Source: Minisyncoccia bacterium (GTDB lineage Bacteria > Patescibacteriota > Minisyncoccia > Phycocordibacterales > UBA9973). From it: DNA of 64,000 bases. The stretch spans positions 24,638-88,637 of the forward strand of contig JBGATK010000003.1 of assembly GCA_044229265.1 (NCBI GenBank), written 5' to 3'. Position 1 is the first letter of the stretch. Every line of letters begins with the position of its first letter. Under the pieces are notes generated by a model. It was not told the DNA's origin. It was given only the letters and a program-made list of their open reading frames with translations, and made no database searches. Of this stretch, positions 60,279 through 64,000 are shown one piece after another. The position numbers and the translations under genes were made by a program.

Positions 60279-62033
60279 ATGATAGAATTTATGAAAGAAG
60301 ATGCAAATTTAACTAACAAAAGACACACGCTCGCGCACCTCATGGCAGAGGCTGTAATGGAACATTATCCGAGCTCAAAGCTTACTCTCGGTCCTGCTAT
60401 AGATGACGGCTTTTATTATGACTTTGATTTTGGCGCAGAAAAATTAAGCGATACAGATTTGGTAAAAATAGAAAAGTCTATGAAAAAAAATCTATCAAAA
60501 TGGATAGAATTCACTCACAGAGAGGTAAATAAACAAGAAGCGGAAGAAATATTCACTGGTAATCCTTACAAACTAGAACTCATAAATGAAATTAGAGAGC
60601 GCGGTGAAAAAATCACTTTGTATTCTTGTGGAGGTTTTGAAGACTTATGCCGTGGTGGACATTCGGAGAATCCTAATAAAGAAATTGAGGTGGACTCTTT
60701 TAAACTCGACCGAGTAGCCGGAGCATATTGGCGCGGAGATGAGAAAAACAAAATGCTCACCCGCATCTACGGCCTCGCATTTGAAAATAAAGAAGCCCTC
60801 GATGCATATATCGCTCAAAGAGAAGAAGCAATGAAAAGAGACCATAAAAAAATTGGGAAAGAAATGAAATTATTTACTTTTTCAGAACTTGTTGGCCCTG
60901 GATTACCACTTTGGACACCAAAAGGAACAATTATTCGCGAACTTTTAAATGATTTTGTATGGGAACTTCGAAAAGAAAGAGGTTATGAAAAAGTTTGCAT
61001 TCCACACATCACCAAAAAAGAACTCTATGAGACAAGTGGGCACTGGGCAAAATATGCTGATGATTTATTTAAAATAAATACTCGTGAAGATCACCTCTAT
61101 GCTATGAAGCCGATGAACTGCCCACATCACACACAAATCTTCGACTCTGAACCTAGAAGCTATAGAGATATGCCGCAGCGTTATGCTGAGACTACGATGG
61201 TGTATCGTGATGAACAATCAGGTGAGCTGTCTGGACTTTCTAGGGTACTTTCTATAACTCAAGACGATGCCCATGTATTTTGTCGTGAGAGTCAAATAGA
61301 AGTCGAGGCAATGGCAGTCTGGGATATTGTTGAAAAATTCTATGGTGCTTTTGGTTTCGAATTACAAGTAAGATTTTCTACACATGATCCTAAACAAAGA
61401 GAAAAATATCTAGGCACAGATGATATGTGGCAAAAAGCTGAAAGTGCCCTCGAAAACTTAATGAAGCAAAAAGGTGTGGAGTGGATGGACGGTACAGGTG
61501 AAGCTGCTTTTTATGGACCAAAGATAGATTTTATAGCAAAAGATTCTATAGGCAGAGTTCTACAAGTAGCTACAATACAACTCGACTTCAATCAACCAAA
61601 AAATTTCGGTCTATTTTGTGTAAATGAAAAAGGTGAAAAAGAACAAGTCGTAATGATCCACGCTGCCATCATGGGCTCTATAGAAAGATTTATGTCTACA
61701 CTTATCGAACACACTGCTGGAGTGTTTCCTGTTTGGCTTTCCCCTGTGCAAGTAGCAATCGTGCCTGTACGCGAAAATCATAATGACAAAGCGCAAGAAA
61801 TTTTTGATTCACTAAAGAAAGAAGGCATAAGAGTAGAAATGAAAAGTGAAGACGACTCTCTAGGCAAAAGAATAAACAGCGCCAAAGCACAAAAAGTACC
61901 CTACGTCATAGTCCTCGGCGACAAAGAAGTCTCCTCCGGCAACCTCACCATCGAAAGCCGTACAGACAAACAAGAAATGTCTCTCGAAGATTTTATTGCA
62001 AAACTAAAAGAGGAAATAAAAAATAAAAAATAA
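60279..62033 (+). CDS. thrS: threonyl-tRNA synthetase
   Basis: DLCRGGH, RDHKKIG, KPMNCPHH, AFYGPKID. Confidence 0.97.
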   Translation: MIEFMKEDANLTNKRHTLAHLMAEAVMEHYPSSKLTLGPAIDDGFYYDFDFGAEKLSDTDLVKIEKSMKKNLSKWIEFTHREVNKQEAEEIFTGNPYKLELINEIRERGEKITLYSCGGFEDLCRGGHSENPNKEIEVDSFKLDRVAGAYWRGDEKNKMLTRIYGLAFENKEALDAYIAQREEAMKRDHKKIGKEMKLFTFSELVGPGLPLWTPKGTIIRELLNDFVWELRKERGYEKVCIPHITKKELYETSGHWAKYADDLFKINTREDHLYAMKPMNCPHHTQIFDSEPRSYRDMPQRYAETTMVYRDEQSGELSGLSRVLSITQDDAHVFCRESQIEVEAMAVWDIVEKFYGAFGFELQVRFSTHDPKQREKYLGTDDMWQKAESALENLMKQKGVEWMDGTGEAAFYGPKIDFIAKDSIGRVLQVATIQLDFNQPKNFGLFCVNEKGEKEQVVMIHAAIMGSIERFMSTLIEHTAGVFPVWLSPVQVAIVPVRENHNDKAQEIFDSLKKEGIRVEMKSEDDSLGKRINSAKAQKVPYVIVLGDKEVSSGNLTIESRTDKQEMSLEDFIAKLKEEIKNKK

Positions 62034-62060
62034 AAAATCCCCATTAAGGGGATTTTTTAT

Positions 62061-64000
62061 TTAGATATCAATCTCAGCTAACTTTGCATTTGATTGGATG
62101 AATGATTTACGAGGAGGGACTTCGGAGCCCATGAGTATGTCGAAGATTTTGTTGGCTTCTTCGGCATCAGAGATATCTACCCTTTTTAATACGCGGTTGT
62201 TTGGGTCCATGGTTGTCTCCCAGAGTTCTTCTGGATTCATTTCTCCGAGACCTTTGAAGCGCTGAATGTGGAATTTTGTAGATTTTGCTTTTGTCTCTAC
62301 CTCACTTTCTTCTCCTTCGACAATTTCAGGACCCTCCGCTTCTACAGCTTCTATTTCCACAACATCATTACTCTTGCCTACTATCTTTGTGCGCTCCTCA
62401 TCAGTATAAGCATAAAAAATTTCTTTACCTCTTTTTATTTTATAAAGTGGTGGTTGAGCAATATATATGTAGCCAGCTTCGACTATTTGTTTAAAATATC
62501 TATAAAATAAAGTTAACAAAAGTGTGCGAATGTGTGATCCGTCCACGTCGGCATCTGTAGCTATAATTATTTTATGATAACGCATTTTGGATAAATCAAA
62601 AGTATCTCCAATCGAAGCTCCCATAGCTATCACAAGTGCACGAACTTCTTTTGAAGCTAGCATTTTATCTATACGAGCACGTTCCACATTGAGAATCTTT
62701 CCGCGAAGTGGCAATATGGCTTGAGTACGTCTGTCGCGACCTTGCTTGGCAGAGCCTCCCGCAGAGTCTCCCTCTACTAAAAATAGTTCAGAATCTTCAG
62801 CGCTTTTACTTTGGCAATCTGCAAGTTTACCAGGAAGAGTCATACCTTCAAGGGCGCCTTTACGAAGAATAGAATCTTTTGCTGCTTTTGCTGCTTTGCG
62901 AGCTTTTAGTGCTAAAATAGACTTGTTAATTATGGATTTTGCAGCATCTGGATTCTCTTCTAAAAAGGCATTAAAACCTTCAGCGAATACAGTAGCAACT
63001 GCTCCTTGAGCTTCCATACTTCCTAATTTTGCTTTTGTTTGACCTTCAAATTGTATTTCTGCGAGTTTTACAGAAATCACCGCAGTCAGGCCTTCGAGCA
63101 CATCTTCTCCAGTAAAACCACCTTCACTCTCCTTCATCATTTCATTTTTCTTACAATAAGTATTGAGCGTGCGAGTAAGTGCAGTTTTAAAACCAGTCAC
63201 GTGAGTGCCTCCTTCTGGATTATAAATATTATTTGCAAAAGGAATAATTCTATCAACAATGTCGTCGACATATTGAAGAGCTATCTCTACACCCACACCA
63301 TCCTGTTCTTTTTCAACATAAAAAATACTGTCTTGAATTGGTTTTTGAAATTTATTGTAATACTTTATTAATGAAGAAAGTCCTCCTTCAAAGTAAAATG
63401 TAGTAGTTGGCACTTCTAAATTCAAATCACGAAAATTAAAAACTTCGTCGAGATTCATTTTTGCTTTTGTATCAAAAAGCTCATTTGGATCTATCTCCCT
63501 TGCATCTACTACTACTATTTTTAATTGCTTTACTAAATACGCTTGCTGACGAATGTGGTTCACAATAGTATTTAAATCATATTTAATATCACCAAAAATT
63601 TCAGTATCTGGCTCAAAGGTAATAATAGTACCGTGCAATTTTGATGAGCCAACTTTTTTCACAGCTCCCTTTTTCTTACCTTGAGAATATTCTTGAATAA
63701 ATTTTCCACCATCACGGTGCACTTCGGCACGACAATAAATAGAAAGAGCATTCACAACTGATGCACCGACACCATGTAGACCTCCAGAAACTTTATAACC
63801 TGAGCCTTCACCTCCGAATTTTCCTCCAGCATGGAGTGTGGTCATCACCGTTTCCAGTGCTGAAACTTTTGTTTTAGGGTGAACATCAGTAGGTATACCT
63901 CGGCCATTATCTACTACGCGAATTCTGTTTGCTGGAAGCAAAGTAATTTCTATTTCATTACAATACCCACCCATCGCTTCGTCGCGAGAGTTATCAAAAA
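62061..64000 (-). CDS. gyrB: DNA gyrase subunit B (5' end outside the window)
   Basis: LHAGGKF, EGDSAGG, PLRGKILN, RFKGLGEM. Confidence 0.96.
   Translation of the reverse strand, partial: FDNSRDEAMGGYCNEIEITLLPANRIRVVDNGRGIPTDVHPKTKVSALETVMTTLHAGGKFGGEGSGYKVSGGLHGVGASVVNALSIYCRAEVHRDGGKFIQEYSQGKKKGAVKKVGSSKLHGTIITFEPDTEIFGDIKYDLNTIVNHIRQQAYLVKQLKIVVVDAREIDPNELFDTKAKMNLDEVFNFRDLNLEVPTTTFYFEGGLSSLIKYYNKFQKPIQDSIFYVEKEQDGVGVEIALQYVDDIVDRIIPFANNIYNPEGGTHVTGFKTALTRTLNTYCKKNEMMKESEGGFTGEDVLEGLTAVISVKLAEIQFEGQTKAKLGSMEAQGAVATVFAEGFNAFLEENPDAAKSIINKSILALKARKAAKAAKDSILRKGALEGMTLPGKLADCQSKSAEDSELFLVEGDSAGGSAKQGRDRRTQAILPLRGKILNVERARIDKMLASKEVRALVIAMGASIGDTFDLSKMRYHKIIIATDADVDGSHIRTLLLTLFYRYFKQIVEAGYIYIAQPPLYKIKRGKEIFYAYTDEERTKIVGKSNDVVEIEAVEAEGPEIVEGEESEVETKAKSTKFHIQRFKGLGEMNPEELWETTMDPNNRVLKRVDISDAEEANKIFDILMGSEVPPRKSFIQSNAKLAEIDI

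Noticed and set aside
29183-63371. Numerous 60-140 aa ORFs antisense to core genes
   Set aside because: They fully overlap well-supported genes on the opposite strand and are expected shadow ORFs

Overview
A low-GC window that looks like a Patescibacteria/CPR chromosome (Parcubacteria-like; inferred from gene content, compact core genes, short SMC, NusB-NUDIX fusion and scarce Shine-Dalgarno sites), standard genetic code. Core blocks are speA-tgt-mreCB-proS, rpsB-tsf, rpoBC-dnaG-rpoD, rpsP-KH-trmD, rnr, smc-rnc-nusB-rpmF, thrS and a partial gyrB, plus three tRNAs (Asn, Ala, Thr) and rnpB. Four accessory signals stand out. (1) A ~9.9 kb element sits at the tRNA-Ala 3' end. It has left and right junctions plus a complete, inverted internal attP-like site, so the serine recombinase gene and the cargo are each bracketed by long inverted repeats. 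(2) An integron-like cassette array follows tRNA-Asn; its spacers encode orphan recombinase C-termini, and two cassettes share a covarying structured leader. (3) Scattered gene cassettes look Bacteroidota-derived (SprB/GCDS-repeat protein, beta-barrel-like protein, lipoprotein, guaB-purA, tandem ArsR, ECF sigma), possibly acquired from a host. (4) Palindromic elements are inserted in frame in tgt and trmD and within rnpB; there is also a candidate sRNA and a secreted Tyr/Pro/Thr hexapeptide-repeat protein. All family assignments come from motif recognition by eye; no searches were run.
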